64,000 bases of DNA from Nitrospinaceae bacterium (GCA_965237905.1 OZ250172.1:352001-416000), one strand, 5' to 3'; shown: positions 19,393 through 30,559, numbered from the stretch's first letter. The notes: a model not told the origin generated them from the sequence alone. A program made the numbers and translations.

Positions 19393-19752
19393 TTAGTGAC
19401 CGATATGGCCGTTCAAAATCTTGGAGTTCAAAATCGCTTTGTTCCCCTTCGCGTTCTTTTTAGCCGCCTTGAAGTGCATGGTGGCTTCGCCATGACGTCC
19501 CAGTTTGTCCAAACAGATGGCCTCATTGAAATGCGTTTCAGCAATGGAAGAATCCGCCTTGGACGCCGCCTGAAAATGCTTCAAAGCCACGTCATGATGT
19601 CCCTGGCCCCAGTGATCGATTCCTTCTTTATTGTGTTTCACCGAGTCAGCGTTGGAACCAGCTGGCAACGACATGGGGCCTTCCCCTGCAAATGACGTAA
19701 CCGGAAGACCGAGTAAACATAAAGCTGCCAAAAAAAGCATGACCTTTTTCAT
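19393..19752 (-). CDS. small exported TPR protein
   Basis: Sec signal (MKKVMLFLAALCLLGLPVTSFA) plus about two TPR-like motifs; GGGAG RBS. Confidence 0.8.
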   Translation of the reverse strand: MKKVMLFLAALCLLGLPVTSFAGEGPMSLPAGSNADSVKHNKEGIDHWGQGHHDVALKHFQAASKADSSIAETHFNEAICLDKLGRHGEATMHFKAAKKNAKGNKAILNSKILNGHIGH

Positions 19753-20062
19753 AGGGTATTTCTCCCAAAATTGTTAAGAGAAGTAATTTTCACGGTTGAG
19801 TTTATCATTTTCCGGGACCAAAAAACAGTTTTCTTGAACCCGGGAGGAGGCCCAGGGCACCCTAAAAAAATAGCCGTAATCCCAATACAAATCGATGACC
19901 TCAATTTATATCGCGATATTCCAATAGAAAGCCCTTTATTTCCACTTATCATACAAATTGTATCAATAAAATTATAAAGTTAAGGACTTGAACGCGCGCC
20001 CGAAATTCAATAAACTGGAAGGCGTAGCTTAACGCCCCATCGACACCGGAATCCCTCAATTC

Positions 20063-20530
20063 ATGCCCATCGAAGAACTGGTCAAACAAAATCTGGTTAA
20101 CGGCGATACCTTGGATCTTGAAAAATCCAATATCGGCAATGACGGAGCGAAGGAGCTGGCTCAGATGGAAGTTCTGGCGCAAGTCACCCGCCTGGAATTG
20201 GGTGACAACCAAATCGGCGATGATGGAGTGAACACGCTAATGGCAAGCCCGCACATCAGTAATGTAAAGATTCTGAACCTGAAATCGAACGAAATCACCG
20301 GACAAGGAGTGCAAGCGATTGCCAATTCTCCCTACTTGAACCGATTGGAACAGTTGATTCTCAAGTTCAATAAAATTGGTGGAGAGGGCGCCCAACACCT
20401 GGCGGCTTCCGAACATTTTCCAAAATTGAATACCTTGGATCTGTTTCGCTGTGACTTGGGAACAGAAGGCACCGCCGCCATCAAGAAATCAAAATTTTTC
20501 AAAAATCTCAGCCGGGTGCGGCTGGATTGA
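20063..20530 (+). CDS. leucine-rich repeat protein (RI/GALA-like 28-aa repeats)
   Basis: Repeating 'L.L..N.IG..G...LA' units. Confidence 0.85.
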   Translation: MPIEELVKQNLVNGDTLDLEKSNIGNDGAKELAQMEVLAQVTRLELGDNQIGDDGVNTLMASPHISNVKILNLKSNEITGQGVQAIANSPYLNRLEQLILKFNKIGGEGAQHLAASEHFPKLNTLDLFRCDLGTEGTAAIKKSKFFKNLSRVRLD

Positions 20531-20561
20531 AAACCCGTAACCCATTAAGCGAAGTCTAAAA

Positions 20562-20975
20562 ATGGACCTGACCCAGGAATGCCCCAGGAGCCCCAGAGAA
20601 AAAATCGCGGATCTGGCTCATCTTCCGAGAATGATTGACAAGGCACACGCCGCCCAACAAAACACCCTGGGGGAATATATCTATCCCTGCCCATTGGACA
20701 AAATCATGCTGGATTTTCTGGGAGTCGATTCGGATACATTCCAGAAAAAAGTCTGCAACGATACAGAAGAGGCTCTATTGGCCTGGATCCTATTGCAATG
20801 TCAAAACCGTTCTCTGGGAGATAAAGATGCGGTTAACAATAAAATTCTGAAAAGCCAGCCCGACAGCCCGGAAAAATGGGAAACCTTTCATGAAACCCGC
20901 GAGGGTCTCGGTCCATCCAGAACAGATATAACCACCTGGGTGGATTTGATCGATCTGGAGGAAGGCCGACTTTAA
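20562..20975 (+). CDS. DUF5069-like protein
   Basis: 'PRSPREK...LPRMIDKA.A....LGEYIYPCPLD' and 'TWVDLIDLEEGR' match my recollection of DUF5069. Confidence 0.75.
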   Translation: MDLTQECPRSPREKIADLAHLPRMIDKAHAAQQNTLGEYIYPCPLDKIMLDFLGVDSDTFQKKVCNDTEEALLAWILLQCQNRSLGDKDAVNNKILKSQPDSPEKWETFHETREGLGPSRTDITTWVDLIDLEEGRL

Positions 20976-21024
20976 AGCCATACTTAGTATCCTTTTAACT
21001 CCGTCATGAAATGCTGATCCAACC

Positions 21025-23607
21025 ATGAAAAATATCCTAAAAAATCAAAAAGTGTTCTCAAGCTCCAACCGTACAGACAAACCCGGAACCTGGAAAAGAA
21101 CTTTATTGAAAGTCACATTGTGGGGTTCTCTGGTTTGCCTCGTGATCGGTTTTATAGGGGCCAGCGTCCTGTACTTCAAATACTCCGACGACCTGCCGGA
21201 TGTCCGGACACTCAAGGAATATCAACCCAATATCATCACCAAGGTCTATTCCGACACGGATGAATTGATCGCAGAATTTTTTATTGAAAAGCGAATCATG
21301 ATTGGGTTCGAGCAGATCCCTCTGCGTTTGAAGCAAGCGACCCTGGCGGTGGAGGATTCCAGTTTTTATTATCACTTGGGGGTCGATCCCAAGGCTATTA
21401 TCCGGGCTTCCATCGCGAATTACCGGGCTGGTCACGTGGTGGAAGGCGCCAGCACCATCACCCAACAATTGACCAAAACCCTGTTTTTATCTCCCCAGAA
21501 AAAATTTGAACGAAAAATCCGGGAAGCCATTCTGGCGATTCGAATGGAATTGATTTTCAGTAAAGATGAAATTCTGGGAATGTACCTCAATCAGATTTAT
21601 TACGGGCACGGCAGTTACGGCGTCGCGGCGGCATCGCGCACCTATTTCGGAAAAGAGTTGAAAGATCTGACGGTCAGCGAATGTGCCATGATCGCTTCGT
21701 TGCCCAAGGCCCCCACGCATTATTCGCCCTACAACAATCTCGACAAGGCGCTGAAACGGAGGGACCACGCCATTCGCCGTATGGAGTACCACGGATTCAT
21801 TACAGAGGAGGAAATGCAAGCCGCCCTGACGGAACCTCTCGAACTGGGAGAAGTCAAGGGTATGCTCAACAAGGCTCCTTATTTTGTTGAATATATTCGC
21901 CAGTTTATCCAGGAAAATTATGGCAGCAAACAGCTGTACCAGGATGGAATGAAAATTTACACCACCCTGAATCTGGAAAATCAGATGGTGGCGGAACAGG
22001 CGGTGAAGGACGGCCTGCGACTGGCGGACAAACGGTACGGTTACCGCGGCGCCCTGGCTCACATTGATCCCAAGCAAGATATCCAGGTTCTGGATAACCT
22101 GCTGATGGAACTCAACAAACGGTCCATGGGACCCCACCTGGGCCTGAGCGAAACTCATCCATCTTCAGCCACAGATTCCATTGAACCTCCAGCAAACACA
22201 CCGCTCCCGCCAGGTTCCAAAGAGGTCACTACAGCATCCAGTAATGTTCTCGATAGCGATATTGCTGAGGAAGGCGACCTGGCCAAGGGCATCGTCACCG
22301 AGATCAAAGACGAGGAGGTCGCGGTTTATCTTGGGGGCAATCAGGGGATCATCCGCCTTGAAAATTTGAGTTGGGCTCGCGAACCCAATCCAAAGCTGGA
22401 TGGCAAATATCACCAAATCACCAACCCCAAGGAAGCCTTGTCCAAGGGAGACATTATCGAGGTGAAGATTCTGCCTCCGCCGGAAGAAGAAGAGGACGAA
22501 AAAGGGAAAAGAAAGAAAAAGGGGAAAGAGCAAAACAAAGAAAAAGAGGATATCCTTAACTTGGGGCTGGAACAGGAACCCGAAGCCCAAGCCGGCCTGA
22601 TCAGCGTGGAGCCTTTCACCGGTTACATCAAGGCCATGGTCGGCGGTTATGATTTCAGCAAAAGCCAGTTCAACCGAGCCACCCAGGCAGTACGCCAACC
22701 CGGCTCAGCCTTCAAACCTATTATTTTCGCAACTGCGCTTCAAGACGGCTACACTCCCGCAAGTATCGTTATCGATTCACCGATCATCTTCAATGAAAAG
22801 GAAGATACTTTCGGCAAGTGGAAACCGGTCAACTTTGCAAAGAAGTTTTACGGCCCCACCTCGGTTCGGACAGCGCTGACCCATTCCCGCAATGTGGTCA
22901 CCATAAAACTTCTCCAAAACACCGGCGTTCCCAAAGCCATTCAAATGGCCCGCCGATTGGGGATCACGACCGACCTGTCGAACAACCTGTCCATTGCGTT
23001 GGGGTCTTCCGGGGTCACTTTGTACGAACTGGTTTCTGCTTACTCCATCTTCGCCAACCAGGGCGTACGATTACCCCCCGTGCCCATCCGTTACATCAAG
23101 GACCGGAACGACGAGATTCTATACACTTACGAGCCCGTGGGGGAACCCGTCCTCTCCTCTGGGATGGCGTATCTGGTGACCAACTTGATGGAGAGTGTGG
23201 TTCAACACGGAACGGCTTATGTCATACGAAAAAACTTGAATCGTCCCATTGCAGGAAAAACCGGCACCACCAACGACTATAACGATGCCTGGTTCATCGG
23301 ATTTTCTCCAGAACTGGTCACCGGCGTTTGGGTCGGAAAAGATGAGGATGAACCCTTGGGAGTGAACGAAACCGGGACCCGGACCGCTATACCCATCTGG
23401 CTAAAGTATATGCAGGAAGCCTTAAAGGATGTGCCTGTTAAAAGTTTTCCTATTCCCAATGATGTGACCTACATCAAAATAAATCAGGAAACAGGACAGG
23501 AAACCACCTTCGACGACCCGGATGGACGGTTTGAAGTATTTCTGAATGATAACCTGCCAGACAAAAGTATGTCGGGAATCAATCCTCTGGATGAAAATAC
23601 ATTTTAG
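21025..23607 (+). CDS. mrcA: class A penicillin-binding protein 1A
   Basis: GT motifs 'EDSSFYYH.GVD', 'GASTITQQL', 'RKIRE'; TP motifs 'SAFK', 'SRN', 'KTGT'; OB-type insert. Confidence 0.93.
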   Translation: MKNILKNQKVFSSSNRTDKPGTWKRTLLKVTLWGSLVCLVIGFIGASVLYFKYSDDLPDVRTLKEYQPNIITKVYSDTDELIAEFFIEKRIMIGFEQIPLRLKQATLAVEDSSFYYHLGVDPKAIIRASIANYRAGHVVEGASTITQQLTKTLFLSPQKKFERKIREAILAIRMELIFSKDEILGMYLNQIYYGHGSYGVAAASRTYFGKELKDLTVSECAMIASLPKAPTHYSPYNNLDKALKRRDHAIRRMEYHGFITEEEMQAALTEPLELGEVKGMLNKAPYFVEYIRQFIQENYGSKQLYQDGMKIYTTLNLENQMVAEQAVKDGLRLADKRYGYRGALAHIDPKQDIQVLDNLLMELNKRSMGPHLGLSETHPSSATDSIEPPANTPLPPGSKEVTTASSNVLDSDIAEEGDLAKGIVTEIKDEEVAVYLGGNQGIIRLENLSWAREPNPKLDGKYHQITNPKEALSKGDIIEVKILPPPEEEEDEKGKRKKKGKEQNKEKEDILNLGLEQEPEAQAGLISVEPFTGYIKAMVGGYDFSKSQFNRATQAVRQPGSAFKPIIFATALQDGYTPASIVIDSPIIFNEKEDTFGKWKPVNFAKKFYGPTSVRTALTHSRNVVTIKLLQNTGVPKAIQMARRLGITTDLSNNLSIALGSSGVTLYELVSAYSIFANQGVRLPPVPIRYIKDRNDEILYTYEPVGEPVLSSGMAYLVTNLMESVVQHGTAYVIRKNLNRPIAGKTGTTNDYNDAWFIGFSPELVTGVWVGKDEDEPLGVNETGTRTAIPIWLKYMQEALKDVPVKSFPIPNDVTYIKINQETGQETTFDDPDGRFEVFLNDNLPDKSMSGINPLDENTF

Positions 23608-25646
23608 GGAGCTTCGTCTTCCGGCACGGGCTGGAGCCCCGGGTTTTCAGGAACCTGTTCGGCGATATCCCCTTCCTTCACAGTCAGCTTGACCAGGGAT
23701 TTTACGGAATCGCCTGAGGGTAAAATGGAGGTATCCCCGGATACGCCGGGGAAATCTTTAAGCGAACGTAGCTTTTCCAACACATCAAGACGATTGAACG
23801 CCCTTTCTTTGATGAACTTCACAAAAATATTCGCGGCATCGTAAGATTGGGCCGAATGAATGGTTGGATTCTGCCCAAAGGTGGAGAGGAACATATCTAC
23901 AAACTTCACGGTTCTTTCGTTTTGCGAATTAGCATAAAACCCATCCACAAATAAAACCGTTTTCAAATAATTCCGGGCGGCATCCACCAATTCACGGGAA
24001 TTCCAGCCATTGCCTCCCATCAGCAGGACATCTTCAATATTGTAAAAAGCCAGTTGAGGAACGATCAACCTCACTTTGTCATAAGATCCGGGAATAAAGA
24101 TGGCATCGTAATTCAGCTCCAGGGCAACTTTCAGCGCCTCTACTTTATCGTCCGCATAAAGCCCACCTTCGACCAGCGGTCTGGACTTGATGCCCTTATC
24201 ATTCAAAGGCGGGGGCTGAGTGCCCCGTTTGATATGCCTCTGGACCCGGGCCTTTAACTGATCATCGGCCATTCCGCCGACCTGTAAAATCTGCTTTTTA
24301 AAATCCGACTGCGTCCGATCAAAGGGAATGGATTCGACAATTTGTCCGCCGAACGAACGGACCTCAGCCTCAAACACCTTCCGCATAGTTTCGCCATAAG
24401 AGGCGGTGGGATAAATCACCACAAACCGGTATAAATTCAGGTCATTGACGGCATGCCGGGCCAGGTAGCTGGCTTGCAGTTCCTTGGTGAGCGCGTTCCT
24501 GAAAATATAGGGGCTCTTGTCAGCCAGACCGGGGGTCGAAGCTGTGGGGGTAAAAATGGGCAACTGATACTTTTCAATGATGGGGATCACGCTCTCCACA
24601 TCCTCCGTTAATACCGGCCCGATAATACCGATGACATTGGGGTCCTGAGCCAGTTCTTCAACCACCTGAACAACCTCCCGACCTAATCCAGAGTCCTTCA
24701 CCACCAGCTCCAGCCGGCTTTTATCCCTGCGAGACAGTTGGTTGATCGCCAGCTGAATCCCCTGCAAAACCCGTTGTCCCACAATCGCTCTTTTCCCGGA
24801 CAAGGGTAGCACCACACCAATCCGTATGGCCCGACTTGAATCGGTTTTCAGCCGGATCAGTAACTTCTCATAATGTCCTCTTAATTCATGGCTTGGAAAA
24901 CGAGAAATCAAATCCTCCAGGCTGATTTGATAATTCCCCAAATCGCGTTCGATCCTGTAAATTGAAATCAACTTTTGTAAAATCAAATCCGCCGGGAATT
25001 CAGAACCCAACGACTTGGCAAGGAATGCCAACTGCTTTCTATTTAATTTTTCATTGACGATATTTTTGATGTAACTGGCGGCTTCCTGCTTGATTTCCGG
25101 ATAGGGACTTCTATCCATAATCTGTTTGAATTTCTTAAAGGCCTTTTCGAGCTCCAAGCGTTTGTCATCAATATAACCCAGGTAAACAAAGGCCCTCCAT
25201 TTTTGAATCGGGTCGGGATTGAGCTGAACCGTTTCCCGCAACAGTTTTTCAGCTTCGGGGTACCGTTCTATTTCAAAATAGCACCGGCCCATATCCAATT
25301 TGACACTGTAAATCAACGTGGAATCAGGAAATGTATCTAGAAAATATTGGTAGTGCCTCAGAGCAGAAAGGTAGGATTTGTTTTTGTAATCGATCCCACC
25401 CAATCGCATGGCCGCCTTGGGAGCACGGGTATCCGTTGAAAACGCGCTTAGAAAATCCTCATAAGAGGCACGGGACTCCAACAATTTATTTTCGTGATAT
25501 AGAGTTTCAGCTTTGGCAAACAGAGTGTCTGCACTTTGGCGGGATTCAAAATCCTGGGCAGAAACGGACGTTACTGTAACGAGCAACAAGCAGAGTAGGG
25601 TTAAGATGGAATATCGCATGGTCAACGGCCGAGGGAACCGGCTCAT
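23604..25646 (-). CDS. TPR + periplasmic-binding-fold protein (LpoA/LppC-like PBP activator)
   Basis: Signal peptide, BamD-like TPRs, then 'IGVVLPLSG', 'IIGPV' and 'AQSYDA' of the type I periplasmic-binding fold. Confidence 0.75.
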   Translation of the reverse strand: MSRFPRPLTMRYSILTLLCLLLVTVTSVSAQDFESRQSADTLFAKAETLYHENKLLESRASYEDFLSAFSTDTRAPKAAMRLGGIDYKNKSYLSALRHYQYFLDTFPDSTLIYSVKLDMGRCYFEIERYPEAEKLLRETVQLNPDPIQKWRAFVYLGYIDDKRLELEKAFKKFKQIMDRSPYPEIKQEAASYIKNIVNEKLNRKQLAFLAKSLGSEFPADLILQKLISIYRIERDLGNYQISLEDLISRFPSHELRGHYEKLLIRLKTDSSRAIRIGVVLPLSGKRAIVGQRVLQGIQLAINQLSRRDKSRLELVVKDSGLGREVVQVVEELAQDPNVIGIIGPVLTEDVESVIPIIEKYQLPIFTPTASTPGLADKSPYIFRNALTKELQASYLARHAVNDLNLYRFVVIYPTASYGETMRKVFEAEVRSFGGQIVESIPFDRTQSDFKKQILQVGGMADDQLKARVQRHIKRGTQPPPLNDKGIKSRPLVEGGLYADDKVEALKVALELNYDAIFIPGSYDKVRLIVPQLAFYNIEDVLLMGGNGWNSRELVDAARNYLKTVLFVDGFYANSQNERTVKFVDMFLSTFGQNPTIHSAQSYDAANIFVKFIKERAFNRLDVLEKLRSLKDFPGVSGDTSILPSGDSVKSLVKLTVKEGDIAEQVPENPGLQPVPEDEAP

Positions 25647-27040
25647 TCATTTCCCTCGGATTTGGCGTTGATATTATGCTTTTTGACCCGGTACCGCATC
25701 GAACGAAAACTCAGATTCAGTAGTTTGGCAGCCTTGTTAATCATTCCATCCGTTTTGCTCAAAGCTCCCAGAAGCATGCTCTTCTCGATGTTGTCCAGGG
25801 TCTTCTCCAAATCAACCGGATGGTCTCCTTCAATAGAAGGGATCAGATTATCCGCAGGAGAAGGCGCCTTGAATACCTCTTCCGGAAGGCTGGATATGCC
25901 GATCAAATCCTCTGTTTCCAGAACCACTGCCCGCTCGATGGTATTTTCCAATTCGCGAATATTTCCAGGCCACTCATAATGCTCCAGGCACTTGAGCGCA
26001 TCCGGCTGGATTCCCTGAATCTTATGATCCTTGTCATGTTGCTCATTGTATTTGTTGATAAAGTGTTGGACCAGTAAAGGAATATCTTCTTTTCGCTTGC
26101 GAAGAGCAGGCAAATCAATAGCAATAACTTTCAATCGGTAGTACAGGTCTTCGCGGAAAATCTTTTGTTTGACGCCTTCGATCAAATCCCGGTTGGTTGC
26201 CGCAATGATGCGCAAATCAACTTTGATGGGCTGGGTACCTCCCACCCGGGTCATCTCACGCTCCTGCAGTACCCGTAATAATTTGACCTGGATCGAAAGC
26301 GGAGCATCATATATTTCATCCAGAAAAAACGTTCCCTTGTTAGCCACTTCCATCAGCCCGATCTTGGTGGAGTCCGCGCCCGTGAAGGCCCCTTTTTCAT
26401 GGCCAAACAACTCGCTTTCCAACAAGTTTTCCGGCATGGCACCGCAATTGATGGAAATGAACGGATAGTTCTTCCGTGAACTATTATAATGAAGCGCTTT
26501 GGCGACCAGTTCTTTTCCGGTACCGCTTTCACCACCAATCAAAACCGTCGCGTTGCTATTGCTGACTTTCTCGATATATTCAAATACCTTTTTCATGCCC
26601 TCGTTTTTGCCGATGATGTTGCCAAATTGGTATTTATCTTTGAGGGCAGATTTAAGGTAGGTGTTTTCTTCGGTCAGTTGTTTCTTTTCAGAGGCGTTGC
26701 GGATGACAAGCTTGAAGTCCTCCATGTTGAAAGGCTTGGTAATATAATCGTACGCACCTTTCTTCATGGTTTCGACGGCGGTTTCGGCGGAAGCATAACC
26801 GGTCATCATAATAACCGGCGTTCCCGGACGAACACGGTTGACGGCATCCAGAACATCAATGCCGTTGGAGCGAGGCATGTTGATATCGGTGATCACGACA
26901 TCATAATTACTGCCCTCGACCATTTCGACCGCAACTTCGCCGTTGCGGGCGGTCTCCACCTCATAGCCCTCCTTACCCAGGGCGATGGAAAGCATTTCCC
27001 GCATGCTCTTTTCATTATCGACAACTAAAATACGGCTCAT
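25643..27040 (-). CDS. sigma54-dependent response regulator (NtrC/PilR family)
   Basis: REC domain ('TDINMP'), AAA+ 'GESGTGKE', 'GAFTGA', 'WPGNIREL', Fis-type HTH. Confidence 0.95.
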   Translation of the reverse strand: MSRILVVDNEKSMREMLSIALGKEGYEVETARNGEVAVEMVEGSNYDVVITDINMPRSNGIDVLDAVNRVRPGTPVIMMTGYASAETAVETMKKGAYDYITKPFNMEDFKLVIRNASEKKQLTEENTYLKSALKDKYQFGNIIGKNEGMKKVFEYIEKVSNSNATVLIGGESGTGKELVAKALHYNSSRKNYPFISINCGAMPENLLESELFGHEKGAFTGADSTKIGLMEVANKGTFFLDEIYDAPLSIQVKLLRVLQEREMTRVGGTQPIKVDLRIIAATNRDLIEGVKQKIFREDLYYRLKVIAIDLPALRKRKEDIPLLVQHFINKYNEQHDKDHKIQGIQPDALKCLEHYEWPGNIRELENTIERAVVLETEDLIGISSLPEEVFKAPSPADNLIPSIEGDHPVDLEKTLDNIEKSMLLGALSKTDGMINKAAKLLNLSFRSMRYRVKKHNINAKSEGNE

Positions 27041-27046
27041 ATGGGT

Positions 27047-28261
27047 TTAGAACAGTTTGTCACCGAGGATTTCCGAATAGCGCTTTAATCGGAGAGCGTG
27101 GAGCCGGATAAACCCTTCGGCATCGTTTTGACGGTAAACCTCATCCTTTTCAAAGGAGGCGGTCTCCGGGCAGTAAAGAGAGCGGTCCGCTTTGCGTCCC
27201 GTAACTATGCAGTTGCCCTTATACAACTTGAGGCGGACAGTTCCAGTTACCGTCTTCTGCACTTCATCGATCATCTTCTGAAGCAGAAGCCGTTCCGGGG
27301 AATACCACATTCCATTATATACCAACCGCGCATAGGCCGGTATGAGTGAATCCCGAAGATGCATCACTTCCCGATCGACGGTGATGGTCTCCAGATCCCG
27401 GTGGGCGGCATGCAGGATAGTGCCGCCGGGGGTTTCGTATACACCCCGCGACTTCATTCCAACAAATCGGTTTTCAACGATATCGATCCGTCCAATCCCG
27501 TTTTGCCCACCGAATTCATTCATCCGGGCCAGCAAATGAGCCGGGCTCATCCGCTCTCCGTTAACAGCTACAGGATCGCCGTTTTCATAGTTAATTTCAA
27601 GTACTGTCGGCTGATCCGGTGCTTTCTCCGGCGATACGGATAAAAGGAACATTTCCTCGTGCGGCTCATACCAGGGATCTTCCAGAACCCCGCCCTCGTA
27701 GCTGACGTGGAACAAGTTCCGGTCCATGCTGTACGGTTTGTCCTTGGTCACGGGAACCGGTATGCCATGACGGGTGGCATAATCGAACAGGCTGGTGCGC
27801 GAGTCCAGATTCCATTCTCTCCAGGGAGCAATGATGATGATATCCGGATTGAGGGTCATATAGGTCAATTCGAACCGGACCTGATCGTTGCCCTTGCCCG
27901 TGGCTCCGTGCGATACCCCTTCGGCATTTTCGAGGCTGGCCACGCGAATCTGCTCCTTGGCAATCAACGGTCGGGCGATGGAGGTGCCCAGCAGGTAATT
28001 GTTTTCGTAAAACGCGTTGGCCCGCAGCATAGGGAAAACAAAATCTTTGACGAATTCCTCTTTCAAGTCCTCGATATAAACTTTACTCGCTCCGGTAGCA
28101 AGAGCTTTTTCCCGAACCGGGTCCAACTCGTCTCCCTGGCCGAGATCGGCGCAGAACGCGATGACCTCCGCCTCGTATTCTTCTTTCAGCCATTTGATGA
28201 TGACCGAGGTGTCCAGTCCTCCCGAATAGGCCAGAACAATTTTATTCAATTTCTTTTTCAT
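27047..28261 (-). CDS. argG: argininosuccinate synthase
   Basis: '[10 protein letters not shown]', '[14 protein letters not shown]', '[10 protein letters not shown]'. ATG at 28261 preferred. Confidence 0.97.
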   Translation of the reverse strand: MKKKLNKIVLAYSGGLDTSVIIKWLKEEYEAEVIAFCADLGQGDELDPVREKALATGASKVYIEDLKEEFVKDFVFPMLRANAFYENNYLLGTSIARPLIAKEQIRVASLENAEGVSHGATGKGNDQVRFELTYMTLNPDIIIIAPWREWNLDSRTSLFDYATRHGIPVPVTKDKPYSMDRNLFHVSYEGGVLEDPWYEPHEEMFLLSVSPEKAPDQPTVLEINYENGDPVAVNGERMSPAHLLARMNEFGGQNGIGRIDIVENRFVGMKSRGVYETPGGTILHAAHRDLETITVDREVMHLRDSLIPAYARLVYNGMWYSPERLLLQKMIDEVQKTVTGTVRLKLYKGNCIVTGRKADRSLYCPETASFEKDEVYRQNDAEGFIRLHALRLKRYSEILGDKLF

Positions 28262-28309
28262 GTTTCCATTCCTGAGCGCTCTGTTGAACAAATAAAAACA
28301 GTCACCTTA

Positions 28310-29299
28310 TCACTGAATCTGATTTTCTCCCAGCGCAAAATAGGCCGCCCCAAATAGCGGAGCCCGTTTATTCATAACGACTTTCACGGGGATCTGTTCC
28401 ATGAAATCCCTGAATTTTCCTTTATCGCAAAACGCCTCCAAAAATAAATCCGATTTCAAAAGCGGCAGAATTTCGGGGGCGATCCCGCCGCCAAGGGTCA
28501 CCCCGCCTCGCGCCATAATCTGGAGCGCCAGGTTGCCCGCCACCGCGCCATAAACGGATACAAACATTTCGAGGGCCTGCTCACAGGACTTGAATTTTTT
28601 GGACAACCCGTTACGGGAAATCACCGATGCCGGATCTTCCCGCTCAAATTCCTCGGCCAGCCAGTCGGGCTCGGTGGCGCGATCGCGTTCTTTCATAAAC
28701 TCAAATATCCGGATCAAACCCGGGCCGGACAAAACATCCTCGATACAAACCCGGCCGGAAACCTGACTGAGAAATTCACGGAGGCTGATTTCCAACGGGG
28801 TGCGGGCGGGAAAATCACATTGCCCGCCTTCGGTTTCAAGAACCCGGTAACGCCCCTCTGCCTCCGGGATGAGAAAAGCCTGCCCCAAACCGGTCCCTGC
28901 CGCCAGTACGCCAATATTCCCATTAGGGTCGCCCTGCCCTCCCTGGATTACTTCCAATTCCTCCGGCGCTAAATAAGGAACCGCATAGGCCAGAGCCGCC
29001 AGATCGTTGATCAGTGAAACGGAATCGGTTTTTAAAAGGGGTTGTAATTCCTGGACGTCGATTTCCCACGGTAAATGAGTGATCTGGCACCGGCCTTCGT
29101 GAACCGGACCAGCCACTCCCAGGCAGGCATGGGTGAGCTTCGGTTGGGTTTCTTTGAGGAAATGTTCGAGCAGGTGGATCAGATCGGGATAATCTCGGCT
29201 GACGTAACTGCGTTCCACCGACAAGCTGGGGATTCCCTTTTTGATGTCGAACAGGGCCAGGTTGACTTTGGTTCCTCCCACATCCCCCGTAAGGATCAT
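28310..29299 (-). CDS. glk: glucokinase
   Basis: 'GDVGGTK', 'GVAGPV', 'LINDL', 'GTGLG', 'EGG', 'LSGPGL', 'GGGIAP'. Confidence 0.93.
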   Translation of the reverse strand: MILTGDVGGTKVNLALFDIKKGIPSLSVERSYVSRDYPDLIHLLEHFLKETQPKLTHACLGVAGPVHEGRCQITHLPWEIDVQELQPLLKTDSVSLINDLAALAYAVPYLAPEELEVIQGGQGDPNGNIGVLAAGTGLGQAFLIPEAEGRYRVLETEGGQCDFPARTPLEISLREFLSQVSGRVCIEDVLSGPGLIRIFEFMKERDRATEPDWLAEEFEREDPASVISRNGLSKKFKSCEQALEMFVSVYGAVAGNLALQIMARGGVTLGGGIAPEILPLLKSDLFLEAFCDKGKFRDFMEQIPVKVVMNKRAPLFGAAYFALGENQIQ

Positions 29300-29308
29300 G
29301 TGCCGATC

Positions 29309-30559
29309 CTATTTAAGAAAGGATTGGATCCTTGCATCCAGCGCGTTCTGGTCCTTGGTGAACGATTGCAGTGCGGAGTGAGTCATCAAATCGTCCAGCG
29401 CGATGGAAGCGGGCCAGTCGGCCAGCTTGGGAATTTTACCGTTATCCTGGATTTTTTTCAGATCCTGCTGGGAAAAGGGATGAAACAGATCCAACCCGTT
29501 TTCATTGCAAAATTGTATCAGGTCTTCGCCGGAGAGTTGATCCAGATCGCTACGGGCCATCAACCGGTCGACCGCTTCCCGAAAATCTCCATCCATTTCC
29601 CACAGTCGGGTCACCCGGGCGCTCCAGTCATGTGCTGAATCCACATCGGGATTTAAAGCGGTTCCATCCGTTTTTTGGATCTGATCCGGAGTACGGCCGG
29701 ATTCCTGAAATTCCTTCATCGCCTTGGGCGGAATCGTGTGGACATCCATTCCCGCCAGAGTCGCGACCTGATCGCCGTTACGGATACTGGCGGCGATCAA
29801 CTGGCTCCCAATATCGGAGTGATCGCGGCGCACCTTTTCCAAAGCGCTTTGGGTCTGCAAAGTGACCTTCTCGCCGACCCATTCGCCACTGCCGGCGGAA
29901 TTATCCGCCACCACGGCGTTGAGCCGTCCCAGAAAAACATTCACATAATTCGGATTGGAAAGACGGGCGGCGAAGTAATTCTGCCGGGCGGAAAAACCCA
30001 AAGTGAAATTCACCGGGATGTTTTCCTGGCGTATCCGCCGGGTCGCCAGCAGACCTTCCGGGGTCAGGGGAACCTTGACAATGAAATATTCGGGGCACAC
30101 TGCGAAATACCGCTTACCGTATTCCACGCTTTTTTCGATATCCCGCGAGATGGAAGGATGCAGTTCGACGCTGACCTTCACTTTAAACGCTTCCACCAGT
30201 CTCAGCGCGATGCGGCAGTTGATCACGAAACCAATTTCCATCACCAGTTCCTCCCGGCTCAGACCGGACACGGCTTCTCCGAGTTTGTCCACGGTTTCCT
30301 GAATCACGTCGTCCATCACCCCGCTCTGCACCACCTGGTTGGCCAACGTGTTGTTGGTGGTAAGCGCAGTCAGTTCGTTTTTCCAGATCGATTGGGCCAG
30401 CTCCAATTCCCCGGTATCGATCCACAACTCCGTACCCAGTTCCCGGAGCCGGGCCAACAGGGGATCGCTTTGGTATTGTTCGGACGGCTTGCCCGAACTG
30501 ATTTTCTGGAACGCGATGCGGTGAACGGTTTCACTCAAATCTTTACTGATGGTCCCCAT
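29309..30559 (-). CDS. transaldolase-family protein (extended)
   Basis: 'WIDTG', 'TTNN', Schiff-base Lys region 'VKVPLTPEGL', 'NFTLGFS', 'FLGRL', 'ASIR'. Confidence 0.85.
   Translation of the reverse strand: MGTISKDLSETVHRIAFQKISSGKPSEQYQSDPLLARLRELGTELWIDTGELELAQSIWKNELTALTTNNTLANQVVQSGVMDDVIQETVDKLGEAVSGLSREELVMEIGFVINCRIALRLVEAFKVKVSVELHPSISRDIEKSVEYGKRYFAVCPEYFIVKVPLTPEGLLATRRIRQENIPVNFTLGFSARQNYFAARLSNPNYVNVFLGRLNAVVADNSAGSGEWVGEKVTLQTQSALEKVRRDHSDIGSQLIAASIRNGDQVATLAGMDVHTIPPKAMKEFQESGRTPDQIQKTDGTALNPDVDSAHDWSARVTRLWEMDGDFREAVDRLMARSDLDQLSGEDLIQFCNENGLDLFHPFSQQDLKKIQDNGKIPKLADWPASIALDDLMTHSALQSFTKDQNALDARIQSFLK

Noticed and set aside
19749..20212. Short ORFs in the divergent intergenic region
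   Set aside because: No RBS or motif support; they overlap probable promoter DNA or the LRR gene.
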